From positions 1 to 36,666 of the forward strand of contig CAZHVH010000001.1 in assembly GCA_964535855.1 (NCBI GenBank): a DNA stretch of 36,666 bases, read 5' to 3'. Every line of letters begins with the position of its first letter. Position 1 is the stretch's first letter. This document shows, one piece after another, positions 1 to 8,831 of the stretch. A program made the translations under genes and the position numbers. The notes under the pieces are model-generated. The model was not told the DNA's origin and did no database searches. It was given only the letters and a program-made list of their open reading frames with translations. The stretch is from an uncultured bacterium. Its GTDB lineage: Bacteria; Poribacteria; WGA-4E; B28-G17.

Positions 1-11
1 TCTCCGCTGCT

Positions 12-317
12 CTATTCAGCTTCTGTCCTGTTTTCTTTTAGCACAGCCCATGTGACGGGAAGTTCTCCATCGAGCTCCACGGGCAGGTTTATTCGAAACT
101 GGCGTATGTTTTCCCCTTCGACCTTTATCTCCTCGAAGTGAATCGGGTGCTGGCATGCCACGACTCCCAATCCCACTTTCCCCTCTTTGAACCCTTTCCT
201 CTCGAAGTCGGCATCACCCACCCTCATACGTAATACCCCGTTCAGGTGGATGACGGGGTTAGCCGTCGCAATCGCCTTTGGAACGGGAGTTGTGTTATTG
301 GGGTTAAGATTGTCCAA
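12..317 (-). pseudogene. Truncated 3'-end remnant of a DUF1080/concanavalin-A-like lectin-glucanase gene, a fragment copy of the intact gene at 33005..33703
   Basis: The translation HLNGVLRMRVGDADFERKGFKEGKVGLGVVACQHPIHFEEIKVEGENIRQFRINLPVELDGELPVTWAVLK equals the C-terminal ~70 aa of the 232-aa protein at 33005..33703, with one E/K change. The 23 upstream codons and the last 8 codons are unrelated. The signal peptide and the N-terminal two thirds of the domain are absent. Confidence 0.55.
40..250. repeat. Left copy of a 211-bp direct repeat (partner at 33030..33240)
   Basis: Base-by-base comparison at a constant offset of 32990 nt gives one mismatch (65 c vs 33055 t). Identity ends sharply at 250/251. 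It decays over about 10 nt below position 40. Confidence 0.97.
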
Positions 318-344
318 GGTGAAATGTTACAGGGGAGGCGAAAG

Positions 345-473
345 ATGAACGTACTGATAACGGGCGGAGCGGGGTTCACCTCATATGAGATCGCAGGACA
401 CCGTCTACTTTCCGCCTCTATCATGAGAGAAGCGAGAGGCAATACTCACTTTCAAATCGCCTGGGTCATTTAA
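345..473 (+). pseudogene. Possible N-terminal remnant of an NAD-dependent epimerase/dehydratase gene
   Basis: An AGGGGAGG Shine-Dalgarno precedes ATG 345. The product starts MNVLITGGAGF, the classic Rossmann GxxGxxG N-terminus of SDR epimerases. It then loses resemblance and stops after 42 codons. Confidence 0.3.
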
Positions 474-616
474 TTCATAAGATGATACCGTATCGTAAGG
501 CTTTCAGTATCCGTGATGTTTATTGTATTGTAGAGGAGACTTCTCCGCTGTTAGAGAAGCGCTTTGATCGTGAGGGCGGAATGTCAAGATTCCATGACGG
601 GTTGATCTCAGGCAGG

Positions 617-3600
617 TCAATCTCCCCAACTTTCCCCGTGAAACTCAAGGGATAGGGGTAGCTTACTGCTATCAACCATCAAGATATACCCTTCCCCTGG
701 AGAGAGGAGGAAATTACTGGGAGAATCGGGAGGCAAGGAGGGATAATAAAACGTGATTTTAGGGGTGGGCTCGATCTTTATAACCTGCTCGATAGCCCCA
801 TTTGATATCCACACGAGGTCTGAAGCTCTTCTTACTCTTCGGTCATCGACGGGCAGGCCGAAAAGGAAAACCTTGGAGTTTATCAAAACGCTTCCGACCC
901 ATTTTCTGCCCTTAAGCGTAACTTCCGCCGGTTGGTTCATAACGACGATATATCCTCTTCCGCCTTCTACAGGCAGGTTATTGAGGGAGTCTGGTCCCAT
1001 AGATCGGGTATATGTGACGAACTTCTCCTGCTGTGAATCATAACATACTATCGCAACGCATGAAGGACCTATTCGATCGGTTAGATCGTCCAGACTCCTG
1101 AGCTCCGGATCGTTTACCGGTATACTTATCAGATTTAGCCCTCGTTTAAGTTTCAGTTTGAACGTATATTGATTTTTCAGAAGGAGTTCCAGTTTATAGG
1201 TTCCGATATTTCCCGCCCTATCGGTTGCCGTAAGTTCTATCTCTTTCTTGCCATCAGCCGCTAAATTTTCAGAGGAGATTTTAAATCTAAGCAGGAAATT
1301 TCCGGGTTCGACCTCCGAAAACTCAACGGGTTCAGATCTAGTGGTATCTAGAGGGCTTAAGTCGGCTTTGACATCGCATTCCAGCTCACATTTCGCTTTT
1401 ATCTCGATCTCATCACCGTTTTCAACCCTGTAGCGATTAACCTGTACACCGTAAATTTCGGGAGGAAGTGTATCGATGGAGATACGTTTCGAATAGGAAG
1501 CTACGTTGTCGAGAGGATCTGTCAAGCTGACCGTAAGGATAGCATTATACTCCTCTATCCCATCGCGCGGCGAAAAGGTGTAAGTATATAAGCAAGCCTC
1601 AGGAGTTTTTTCCTTCTCCACCATCTCCGTCTCCTCAATTATGCCGGGGCCTATCGAGAGTTTCACGCTAGAGTCCGGCTCCCCCTTGACCGTTATTTTG
1701 AGGGTTTCACCGCGTTTGATAACATCTTTATCCACTGAGACCTGGTATATCTCAGCGATCGCATCGATATTGACGATTCCCGTCCTTGTCTCGCTATTTC
1801 CATATTTATCGGTCAATGATACGCTTAATAGATCTCCAACAGCTTTATCTCCAGGTTTGACGGTATACGATCCGGAGTAACTGCCGGGGTGATCGGGATT
1901 TTCCTTAAGCGGGACATCCTGGACAACGTCCTTGATGGAGAAAGTTCCAGTGCAGCTAGGTTCAGCTTCAACCATAACGGACAGTTTCACTCCCGCCTTG
2001 GCTTTATCCGGAGATACCGTAATATCGCCGATCTGTACCACAGCATCTATCCATATTTTCCGGTCACTGGATTTGGTGGCTGTTTGCCCCGATTCATCGG
2101 TTAGAGTGACCGTCACATACTCACCGTCGACGTAGTCTCCCGCCTTAACCGTGTATTGCGCTGACCATATCCCGTTACTCTCGCGCAGTTCTCCCTGAAT
2201 GTCCTGACCGATTTGAAAGCTGCCGGATATAGCCTTGAATATATCCCTATTCAGGTGTGCTTTTATAAGTATGGTATCACCCGCAACGGCTGCATCCTCC
2301 TCCTCTGGTGATTGATGGATCACGCTTACCTCTACGTATTTGATCCGACTTCTATATCGAAATATGGCTGAGGCGATCGCCCCGGATTTACCGCCTCGGG
2401 CTATGAATCTGATATAATGGTTGTCGGGATAATCCTCGGATATCAGAGCGGAAAGTTTGAACATGCCGTTTTCATCAGCTTTGGCGGACAGCCGTTCACC
2501 GTCGAAGTCGATGGTGATCTCCTCCCCTGGATAGAACCAATCGCCGCTGAGATCAACTTGGGTTCCCAGGGTTCCCTCCCCTGGTGATACCATCAGACTG
2601 GGGTTAGAAGTTGTGATGGTTTTAGCGATTTCCTCCGTAAATCCGGAACCAGAGCCTTTGACTTTCACAGTTGTGCCGCTGATACCGGACGGAAGAACAC
2701 ATTCCGCCTTAAAGCTTCCCCTCTCATCTGTGGTTCCGTCGCTATCAATCCGAAGAGAAGTTCCATTCAGCTCAACTGAGATATCCTCTTGGGGACCAAA
2801 GCCTATCCCCTCAACGATTAGCTTTAGCTTTCTCTGGGAAACCTCTTTAATGATCGGCGAGTAGACCACGGTTACGGAAGATGAAAGTGTTCCATCGTCG
2901 GCTACGATAAGCGCTTCACCACCCGGCTGTTCATCCAGAATCAGAGATTTGGTGAATTTCCCACCTTCGGCATCAGCCTTAACCGTTTCAATCACCCCGT
3001 CCAGCCCAAGGGATATCTTAACAAGCCTTCCAGGCATAAATCCCTCACCGTGTAATTCTACCCGTTGTCCCGGAACTCCTTCGATCTGCCGAAGGTGTGT
3101 CTCATCCGGGGCTATGAAGTAAAGGGATGGTATCACGGTAAATCTGGCTTCATTTACCCCGTCCGTCACCACATATTCACCGCCAGATACCTGAGGAGGA
3201 ATCCTCATTATAGGATCACCGTTTGCATCATATCCGACGAACGAGAGATTGTAAGATCCGAATTTAAGATTGAAAGGATAGGTAGTTCCTTTAACCGTGA
3301 AGCTGCTACCTGGTTCGCCTCTATCCGGTATTAGCTCAAGTCTCTCAAGGGCGATTATGGGTTCTGGATAAGAGACAGGATATTTCGACTCAGACCCCGT
3401 AACGGTTATAAAGTTCTCTCTTTTTCTAAGCAGCTCATCGGTCAGGACGAAATTCGCTTCGAGACTTCCGTCATGAAGAGCCTTTACGGGTTCAATCGCA
3501 TCATCGACGAGCAAGCCACCAAATCTGATCTCTATCTCCTCACCGGGGACAAAACCGCTTCCATATATATAAAGCACATCCCCTGCTTGGGCGCTATATC

Positions 3601-6016
3601 CTAGGACGCGAAAACCTCTCCTTTCAATTTCCGCTCCTGTGATCTTCGGTAGAATTCTGAAGGGAAGGTATTTCGTCTCATCCCCTATCTCCACTTTTAA
3701 AACCTTATCCCCGAATTCCTGAGGTGGAATCGCTATGGGGAGGGAAAAACCACCGAACTCGTTGGCATTGCCTTCAAGCAGCAGCTTCTCGTATCCGGTT
3801 TTCCCAAGCGATATCCTGATATCGACGTAAGGTTGATATCCTGAGCCCATGACACTCACGATCTCGCCCGGGGCACCGGATTCCTTATCAACTCTCAGAG
3901 ATTCTAATAGCGTGAACTTAGCTTCCTTAACTTTCCTCCCGCTCTGGTATATAGTGATCCTTTTCTCACCTGCCCGAGGAATATCTTGAATGGTTGATGA
4001 AAGGGAGAAAAATCCCATCTCATCCGTTGATCCCGTCGCCAAAAGTCGGTTTAATCCTGCATCATCCTCTATATAAATACCTATAGCTTTTAAGGGTACA
4101 AACCCTGCGCCTTGAATTTTTAAAACACTTCCGTTCTCTGCCGATGAGGGTGAGATGCTGAGAAATCTTGTGTCATCGAGCTTAGATACGATGATTTTGC
4201 AGTCTGCTTTTCCCTCATCTTCCACCTCAGAAGCGATGACAGTAAAGGTCCCACTCGCTCCATCGTTCATAACGATAGAGGTGCGAAAAGATCCGTATCC
4301 ATCCGTCCTTACTTTCCTGTTAAATCTGGGTTGCTCCTCTTCAATATAAACATCCACATCTGAGTTAGGTGCAAACCCATTTCCTTCTATCGATATGAGA
4401 ATCCCTTCTACCTCTGCCGATATGGAGGGCACCAGGGTAAGCTCTTTGGTGACCTCCGATCTGAGCTGGAAACTAGTAGCTTCAACCTTCAATGTTTTAG
4501 GGCCCCTTGGCATGTTCGGAACGTTAAACCTCAAGATAAAGCTGCCGTCAGGCGGCACGATATACCGCCCAAAGCTTCCGTTTCCGAGATATTCCCTGTT
4601 CAGCGGGACCCCGTTGAAGTCAAAGCATGAGATGGAAGGGGAAAGGGCGTTAAGCTCCACGTCTATCAACCCGTTAGATGGAAAACCCTCGCATCTCAGC
4701 TCCATCTCCTCTCCCGGGTGAATTTGACCATCGGAAGGAAAGCCCGAAACTTTTGGAGTTGGAACATACCTGATCGATTCGACATCGGACAGACCGGATC
4801 TTTCCCCAATAGCCGACACGATGAGATCTGTCGGTTTGTTTTGTATGATCCATCCCTTTTCCAGGACGAAACTGGACCTGAATTCCCCCATCTCGTCCGC
4901 GACGATCGGTTTAATTTCCCTGGAGCCGATTCTGATTTCGACGATCTCACCAGGGGCAAAGGCTGTACCGGTTATCGAGAACTCCTGGCCTATTTCGCCG
5001 AACAGCGGGGTTATCTCGATCTGAGGTATTACCGTCAACGCGTTATCCGCTATATATATCAGGTTATCATCCTGGTATATCCACAGATCTTTCAACCCAC
5101 CCGGAAGTTTCGGCAGCGTTAAATCGGCGGAAACCTTTCCATATTCATCGCTGCTGAACAGCCCAAGGGATCTGCCTTCTGGGTAAATTTTAAGTTGGAA
5201 GCGGGGAGGAAATCCACATCCCTGCAGGGTAATCCGCCCTTCAGACTTGACATTGATCGGATCGACCGATCTCAGCCTTGGCTCTATCAGAAAGGAAGTG
5301 GTATATCTCCGTCCCGAGCTTCCCGTCAACTCCACATCCCTCAAACCGTAGGTGAAATCCGGAACGATAAATTCGAATTCCACCTCTCCAGTATCTGAGG
5401 CGATGATCGTGGCTGGAAACGTTGGAGGGCTTATATTGCCGATATGCAAGGAGATAATCTCTCCTGAAGCAAAACCGGTCGCCCGGCATGTAATTCTCTC
5501 ATCCGGCTTGCCATAGTACCTTTCCAGCGTCATACCGCCCCCCACGATAACCTCGCTCCATCTCGCCCTAAGTCCAAGGAAATTCGGGACCGGTAATCCC
5601 CTAGAATCGGTTAACTGTATTGACCCATCCTTGAATCTAAGATCGGTTTTTCCACTTCGTATAGCTCGAAAATTCAGCGTAACAAGGTGAATCATCCCGT
5701 AGGCTTCCGAGCTCTCCTCATGATCGAAAGCGACCGTGACGGATATGAGATCTCCAGTTGGATAAACGCGTATATTGTTCGGAAATATCTGTGGTTGATA
5801 TTCGATGATACCAGAATCAAACTCCAGGGTGAAGCTGACGGCGAGAAGTTTATCCGCGACGGCCTCGACGCTCAGCGTGAAAAGTTCACCCTCGTTCAAT
5901 ATACCCTTAGAGGGTATGAGGAGAAGCTCCGGGGTTAGAGCTTCCACGTGTAGGGGGAAAACCATGAAAAACAGCAGGGAAAGGAAGGCTAGAATATAAG
6001 TCCGCCTTTGAATCAT
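617..6016 (-). CDS. Giant (1799 aa) secreted multidomain surface protein: signal peptide, cohesin-like domain, ~12 IPT/TIG-like repeats, 4 Ig-like modules, 2 tandem C-terminal modules
   Basis: Uninterrupted 5.4-kb ORF whose ATG lies 23 nt after the flgM stop. Sec-type signal MIQRRTYILAFLSLLFFMVFPLHVEA|L. Residues ~27-160 look cohesin-like (LFTLSVEAVADKLLAVSFTLEFDSGIIEY ... LVTLNFRAIRSGKTDLRF). Repeats carry a G-x-G-F/Y-x-P signature (ITLQGCGFPP, FSITGTAFAPGE, ISIEGNGFAPNS, LKIQGAGFVPLK, VSVMGSGYQPYV, LYIYGSGFVPGE, VELHGEGFMPGR, LIVEGIGFGPQE, VDLSGDWFYPGE). Four modules end Y-T-V-K-x-G-D ... L-T-D-x-x-G-N ... I-D. Confidence 0.85.
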   Translation of the reverse strand: MIQRRTYILAFLSLLFFMVFPLHVEALTPELLLIPSKGILNEGELFTLSVEAVADKLLAVSFTLEFDSGIIEYQPQIFPNNIRVYPTGDLISVTVAFDHEESSEAYGMIHLVTLNFRAIRSGKTDLRFKDGSIQLTDSRGLPVPNFLGLRARWSEVIVGGGMTLERYYGKPDERITCRATGFASGEIISLHIGNISPPTFPATIIASDTGEVEFEFIVPDFTYGLRDVELTGSSGRRYTTSFLIEPRLRSVDPINVKSEGRITLQGCGFPPRFQLKIYPEGRSLGLFSSDEYGKVSADLTLPKLPGGLKDLWIYQDDNLIYIADNALTVIPQIEITPLFGEIGQEFSITGTAFAPGEIVEIRIGSREIKPIVADEMGEFRSSFVLEKGWIIQNKPTDLIVSAIGERSGLSDVESIRYVPTPKVSGFPSDGQIHPGEEMELRCEGFPSNGLIDVELNALSPSISCFDFNGVPLNREYLGNGSFGRYIVPPDGSFILRFNVPNMPRGPKTLKVEATSFQLRSEVTKELTLVPSISAEVEGILISIEGNGFAPNSDVDVYIEEEQPRFNRKVRTDGYGSFRTSIVMNDGASGTFTVIASEVEDEGKADCKIIVSKLDDTRFLSISPSSAENGSVLKIQGAGFVPLKAIGIYIEDDAGLNRLLATGSTDEMGFFSLSSTIQDIPRAGEKRITIYQSGRKVKEAKFTLLESLRVDKESGAPGEIVSVMGSGYQPYVDIRISLGKTGYEKLLLEGNANEFGGFSLPIAIPPQEFGDKVLKVEIGDETKYLPFRILPKITGAEIERRGFRVLGYSAQAGDVLYIYGSGFVPGEEIEIRFGGLLVDDAIEPVKALHDGSLEANFVLTDELLRKRENFITVTGSESKYPVSYPEPIIALERLELIPDRGEPGSSFTVKGTTYPFNLKFGSYNLSFVGYDANGDPIMRIPPQVSGGEYVVTDGVNEARFTVIPSLYFIAPDETHLRQIEGVPGQRVELHGEGFMPGRLVKISLGLDGVIETVKADAEGGKFTKSLILDEQPGGEALIVADDGTLSSSVTVVYSPIIKEVSQRKLKLIVEGIGFGPQEDISVELNGTSLRIDSDGTTDERGSFKAECVLPSGISGTTVKVKGSGSGFTEEIAKTITTSNPSLMVSPGEGTLGTQVDLSGDWFYPGEEITIDFDGERLSAKADENGMFKLSALISEDYPDNHYIRFIARGGKSGAIASAIFRYRSRIKYVEVSVIHQSPEEEDAAVAGDTILIKAHLNRDIFKAISGSFQIGQDIQGELRESNGIWSAQYTVKAGDYVDGEYVTVTLTDESGQTATKSSDRKIWIDAVVQIGDITVSPDKAKAGVKLSVMVEAEPSCTGTFSIKDVVQDVPLKENPDHPGSYSGSYTVKPGDKAVGDLLSVSLTDKYGNSETRTGIVNIDAIAEIYQVSVDKDVIKRGETLKITVKGEPDSSVKLSIGPGIIEETEMVEKEKTPEACLYTYTFSPRDGIEEYNAILTVSLTDPLDNVASYSKRISIDTLPPEIYGVQVNRYRVENGDEIEIKAKCELECDVKADLSPLDTTRSEPVEFSEVEPGNFLLRFKISSENLAADGKKEIELTATDRAGNIGTYKLELLLKNQYTFKLKLKRGLNLISIPVNDPELRSLDDLTDRIGPSCVAIVCYDSQQEKFVTYTRSMGPDSLNNLPVEGGRGYIVVMNQPAEVTLKGRKWVGSVLINSKVFLFGLPVDDRRVRRASDLVWISNGAIEQVIKIEPTPKITFYYPSLPPDSPSNFLLSPGEGYILMVDSSKLPLSLEFHGESWGD

Positions 6017-6039
6017 CTCTCTCTTCTCTTCGGAAATGA

Positions 6040-6333
6040 CTATATCTCATCGAGCAACAATGCCTTGAGCAACTCTTCTGCAACTTGAGATAAGGGGACG
6101 TTGTACTCACCCTGTTCTATTCTCCTGGCGAGATCATCCACCTTTCCAGATCGGATATCCGGGATCTCTTTAAGCTTGCCCATTGCTTTAGCTACGAGTT
6201 TACCTTCTTCTGATAAAACCGCTATATCTGATCGGAAATCCTCAGACTCACCGCCCCTTTGGATGTTCCTCTCCCGGGATGAAGGGTGGGTCTCCACGCC
6301 TAAGATCTTATAGATGCTGGGTAATATCTTCAT
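6040..6333 (-). CDS. flgM: Anti-sigma-28 factor FlgM
   Basis: 97 aa. DIAVLSEEGKLVAKAMGKLKEIPDIRSGKVDDLARRIEQGEYNVPLSQVAEELL matches the FlgM C-terminal signature. The ATG overlaps the fliD stop (ATGA at 6330..6333). Confidence 0.82.
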   Translation of the reverse strand: MKILPSIYKILGVETHPSSRERNIQRGGESEDFRSDIAVLSEEGKLVAKAMGKLKEIPDIRSGKVDDLARRIEQGEYNVPLSQVAEELLKALLLDEI

Positions 6334-8768
6334 CTTGATCTCCCTCCACCTATACTCATCAGGGAGATAATCTGTAGGTTAAAGAGCTGCTGGGATAAGA
6401 AACTGGACTGAGTCTGCAAATTACCTAGAGCCTCCTCGAGTTTTGAATATTGCTCCATTAGCTTTTGTCTTGTCTCTTCAATTCGTCTGTCGAACTCCTC
6501 CAGTTTGTTATTCGTTTCGGATATTCTTCTGTCGATTATCTGGATTCTGCCGTCGATTACTCCCGTGTAAACCTGGGTATATCCCGAGAGGATACTCTCG
6601 ATTTTCTCGGCTATACCTTGAGTTGAGCTACTGGTAGTCGCGAATATCTCCGCTACCCCTTCGGGGTCTTTCTGGATGGCCTCCCTCAATTTGCTATAAT
6701 CCCTTATTGTTATATCTAAACCGCGTAAGATCTGATCCAAAGTTACCGTTCCGGCAGAGGGTTTTCCTATTCCGATGCTGATCAGGCTGTTCTTTCCCGA
6801 GGGAAGTCCCTCAACCTGTTCCATCATCGCCTGATTGAGACGCCGAACGAGAGCTTTAAGAGTCGGATCTCCTCGAAGGGCATTGGTATTGATAGATTCC
6901 TCAGTCCCTTCCGAGGTCTGTTGCTGAGACACTAAAGGTATAAAGACCTTCTCACGTATATAGCTTATGGTCTCGTTATAGGAATCTATGAAATCCTGAA
7001 TTGCCTGAACGGCTTCATCCACATCAGCTTCAATCTCGATCTTAACTGTCGTTCCTGGAGCGCTTTTTTGAAGTGAGAGCGTAACACCGGGAATGGCGGA
7101 GTCAATGATATTCGAATTCGAAATCACCTCATTCCCATTTACCGTGATCTTGGCGTCCTGACCGGGTTCGACCTGACTTTGATTGAGCTTAAGCTTTGAA
7201 AGCAAATTACCGTCTCCATCTTGGAGGTTAATCTTCGGACTGCCCGTCTTTTCAGATACCAGATTGAATTTATCCTCGTTTATATCGTAATAAGCATTGA
7301 CACTCGCGTCGGAGGAATTGATCTTGATTATCAGATCCTGAAGGGTATCAGATGGATCGAAATCTATCCGAGTTCCGTTTATGTTGAAGTAACCAGGGCT
7401 TGTTATGCCGAAAAGGATCTGTAGAGTCCTGGAAGGGTTGATAGCCCCGAGCTTAAACTCGCTTTCAACAATCACCTCCGAACCGTTATTCACCTGATCG
7501 GCCTGAGAGAGACCAACGACATCTAGAAAGTTGGAGGTATCCCCTGAGCTCCCTACGTTTATCCAGGGCGTTTCGCCATCCTGACTTAACACTATCTTAC
7601 CGTCTTGATATGCAGCGGTAACACCTGTGGTATTAGTGACGCTGTTTATCTTTCCCAGCACATCATCTATCGTGTCGCTCAAATCGACAAATAAACTTGT
7701 TCCATTAATCGAAAAGGTTCCGGTGTTAACGTTCCATTTGAACGGCGTCTGATCGCCTTGGTCGATGAAATGAAGAGCATCTGTATCGCTGAATTCGCCA
7801 TCCTTACCGATATATCTGCTTTTCAAGGTTGAGCTTGTCAATCCTATAACGTCGAGGAAGTCGGTCTTACCCGCGAGGGAAGCGGAATTTCCCCCTTGTG
7901 GGGCGGAGATCGTAAGGGTCTGTGTTGAATCGTCATATGAGACACTTAATCCGGCATTTTGCAATTGATCTTTCAGATTCTCCAGTGTGGTGTCAGAATC
8001 GATGAAGATATCGTTTCCATTTACCGATAAAATGCCGATTCTAATGCCGAGGTTAATCACTCTATCGGTTAAAGCACCGGTGATCTGATATGAATTACCG
8101 GGGCGTAATTTCAAATCGCCAATGCCGTCGGTATCATCCAGGAGCTGAAGCAGGTTGGAATTTCCGAAGAACTGGATTTTATAATCCTGACCAAGAGCGA
8201 TCTGAAGATATTTATAGCTGTTCTCCGTTTCAACGCTCGCCTGGAGGATGTTCGAATCACCAACGGCTGAGTTTATAGCATTTATAATTCCCTGAATGTT
8301 CGTTGTATCAGTGCCGCCTACCTCGACGGCATATTTGCCTTGGAGGGTACCATCCGGATTGGAAATTTGGAAGTATATTTTCCCTTTATGGATTTTAACA
8401 AGCCCTTCTGTCCCATCAAGAGGTGTCCCTAACTCATCAGAGGACTCGACCCTGGAGGGGGTTGCCAATTGATTGACGACAACTTCATAGGTTCCTGTGG
8501 GAGCTTGGGAGGAGATAGATGAAATATTGACTATGCTTTCATCGGAGGAAGTTCCTATACGGGATGTAAAGGTGGAATGAAACTTTAACCCGCTTGCTTT
8601 CGACTGAAGAGCTAACAATCTAGCTTTTATATCCTGTAGTATAACGCGCTGGGACTGAAGATCGGTTAATTTAGATTCTATTCGCGTTCTAGGCTGTCTT
8701 TGGATCTCTATAAGCTGATCGATAATTTCCTGAGTATTCAACCCTGATATCAAACCATATACGTTCAT
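6330..8768 (-). CDS. fliD: Flagellar filament cap protein FliD (enlarged, 812 aa)
   Basis: N-terminal GLISGLNTQEIIDQLIEIQRQPRTRIESKLTDLQSQ and C-terminal IIDRRISETNNKLEEFDRRIEETRQKLMEQYSKLEEALGNLQTQSSFLSQQL are the conserved FliD terminal helices. The central part holds 3-4 Flagellin_IN-like repeats. GAGGTG lies 7 nt before the ATG. Confidence 0.9.
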   Translation of the reverse strand: MNVYGLISGLNTQEIIDQLIEIQRQPRTRIESKLTDLQSQRVILQDIKARLLALQSKASGLKFHSTFTSRIGTSSDESIVNISSISSQAPTGTYEVVVNQLATPSRVESSDELGTPLDGTEGLVKIHKGKIYFQISNPDGTLQGKYAVEVGGTDTTNIQGIINAINSAVGDSNILQASVETENSYKYLQIALGQDYKIQFFGNSNLLQLLDDTDGIGDLKLRPGNSYQITGALTDRVINLGIRIGILSVNGNDIFIDSDTTLENLKDQLQNAGLSVSYDDSTQTLTISAPQGGNSASLAGKTDFLDVIGLTSSTLKSRYIGKDGEFSDTDALHFIDQGDQTPFKWNVNTGTFSINGTSLFVDLSDTIDDVLGKINSVTNTTGVTAAYQDGKIVLSQDGETPWINVGSSGDTSNFLDVVGLSQADQVNNGSEVIVESEFKLGAINPSRTLQILFGITSPGYFNINGTRIDFDPSDTLQDLIIKINSSDASVNAYYDINEDKFNLVSEKTGSPKINLQDGDGNLLSKLKLNQSQVEPGQDAKITVNGNEVISNSNIIDSAIPGVTLSLQKSAPGTTVKIEIEADVDEAVQAIQDFIDSYNETISYIREKVFIPLVSQQQTSEGTEESINTNALRGDPTLKALVRRLNQAMMEQVEGLPSGKNSLISIGIGKPSAGTVTLDQILRGLDITIRDYSKLREAIQKDPEGVAEIFATTSSSTQGIAEKIESILSGYTQVYTGVIDGRIQIIDRRISETNNKLEEFDRRIEETRQKLMEQYSKLEEALGNLQTQSSFLSQQLFNLQIISLMSIGGGRSR

Positions 8769-8801
8769 AACCCTACACCTCAGATGAAGTCCTAGTAAGG
8801 A

Positions 8802-8828
8802 TTATCGACAGCAAGATGCTAAAGTTTA
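8802..8828 (-). promoter_or_regulatory. Sigma-28 (FliA)-type promoter upstream of fliD
   Basis: The minus strand reads TAAACTTT-AGCATCTTGCT-GTCGATAA, against the consensus TAAAGTTT-N11-GCCGATAA (equivalently TAAA-N15-GCCGATAA). The -10 element ends 33 nt before the fliD ATG. The -35 element starts 4 nt after the upstream stop codon. Confidence 0.7.
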
Positions 8829-8831
8829 GCA

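Noticed and set aside
242-473. ORF-track entries 242..442 (minus, 66 aa) and 246..473 (plus, 75 aa) as real genes
   Set aside because: They overlap each other and the DUF1080 fragment. Only the 345..473 part of the plus-strand ORF has any recognisable signal, the Rossmann N-terminus, and that looks like a remnant.
1-550. The 9-mer TCTCCGCTG occurs at 1..9 and 542..550
   Set aside because: A single 9-nt match in a 36.7-kb window is within chance expectation, and the flanking bases do not extend it.
540-593. Two small hairpins downstream of the giant gene, CTTCTC-8 nt-GAGAAG at 540..559 and GGAAT-6 nt-ATTCC at 578..593, considered as terminators
   Set aside because: The stems are only 5-6 bp. 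Neither is followed by a U-run on the minus-strand transcript. They are not convincing intrinsic terminators, so the operon end remains undefined.
617-6016. A cellulosome-like cohesin-dockerin system encoded within the window
   Set aside because: I found no dockerin-type duplicated calcium-binding loop (DxNxDGxxxxxD) in any ORF here. The cohesin call itself rests only on pattern recognition by eye. It is kept only as a hypothesis to test.
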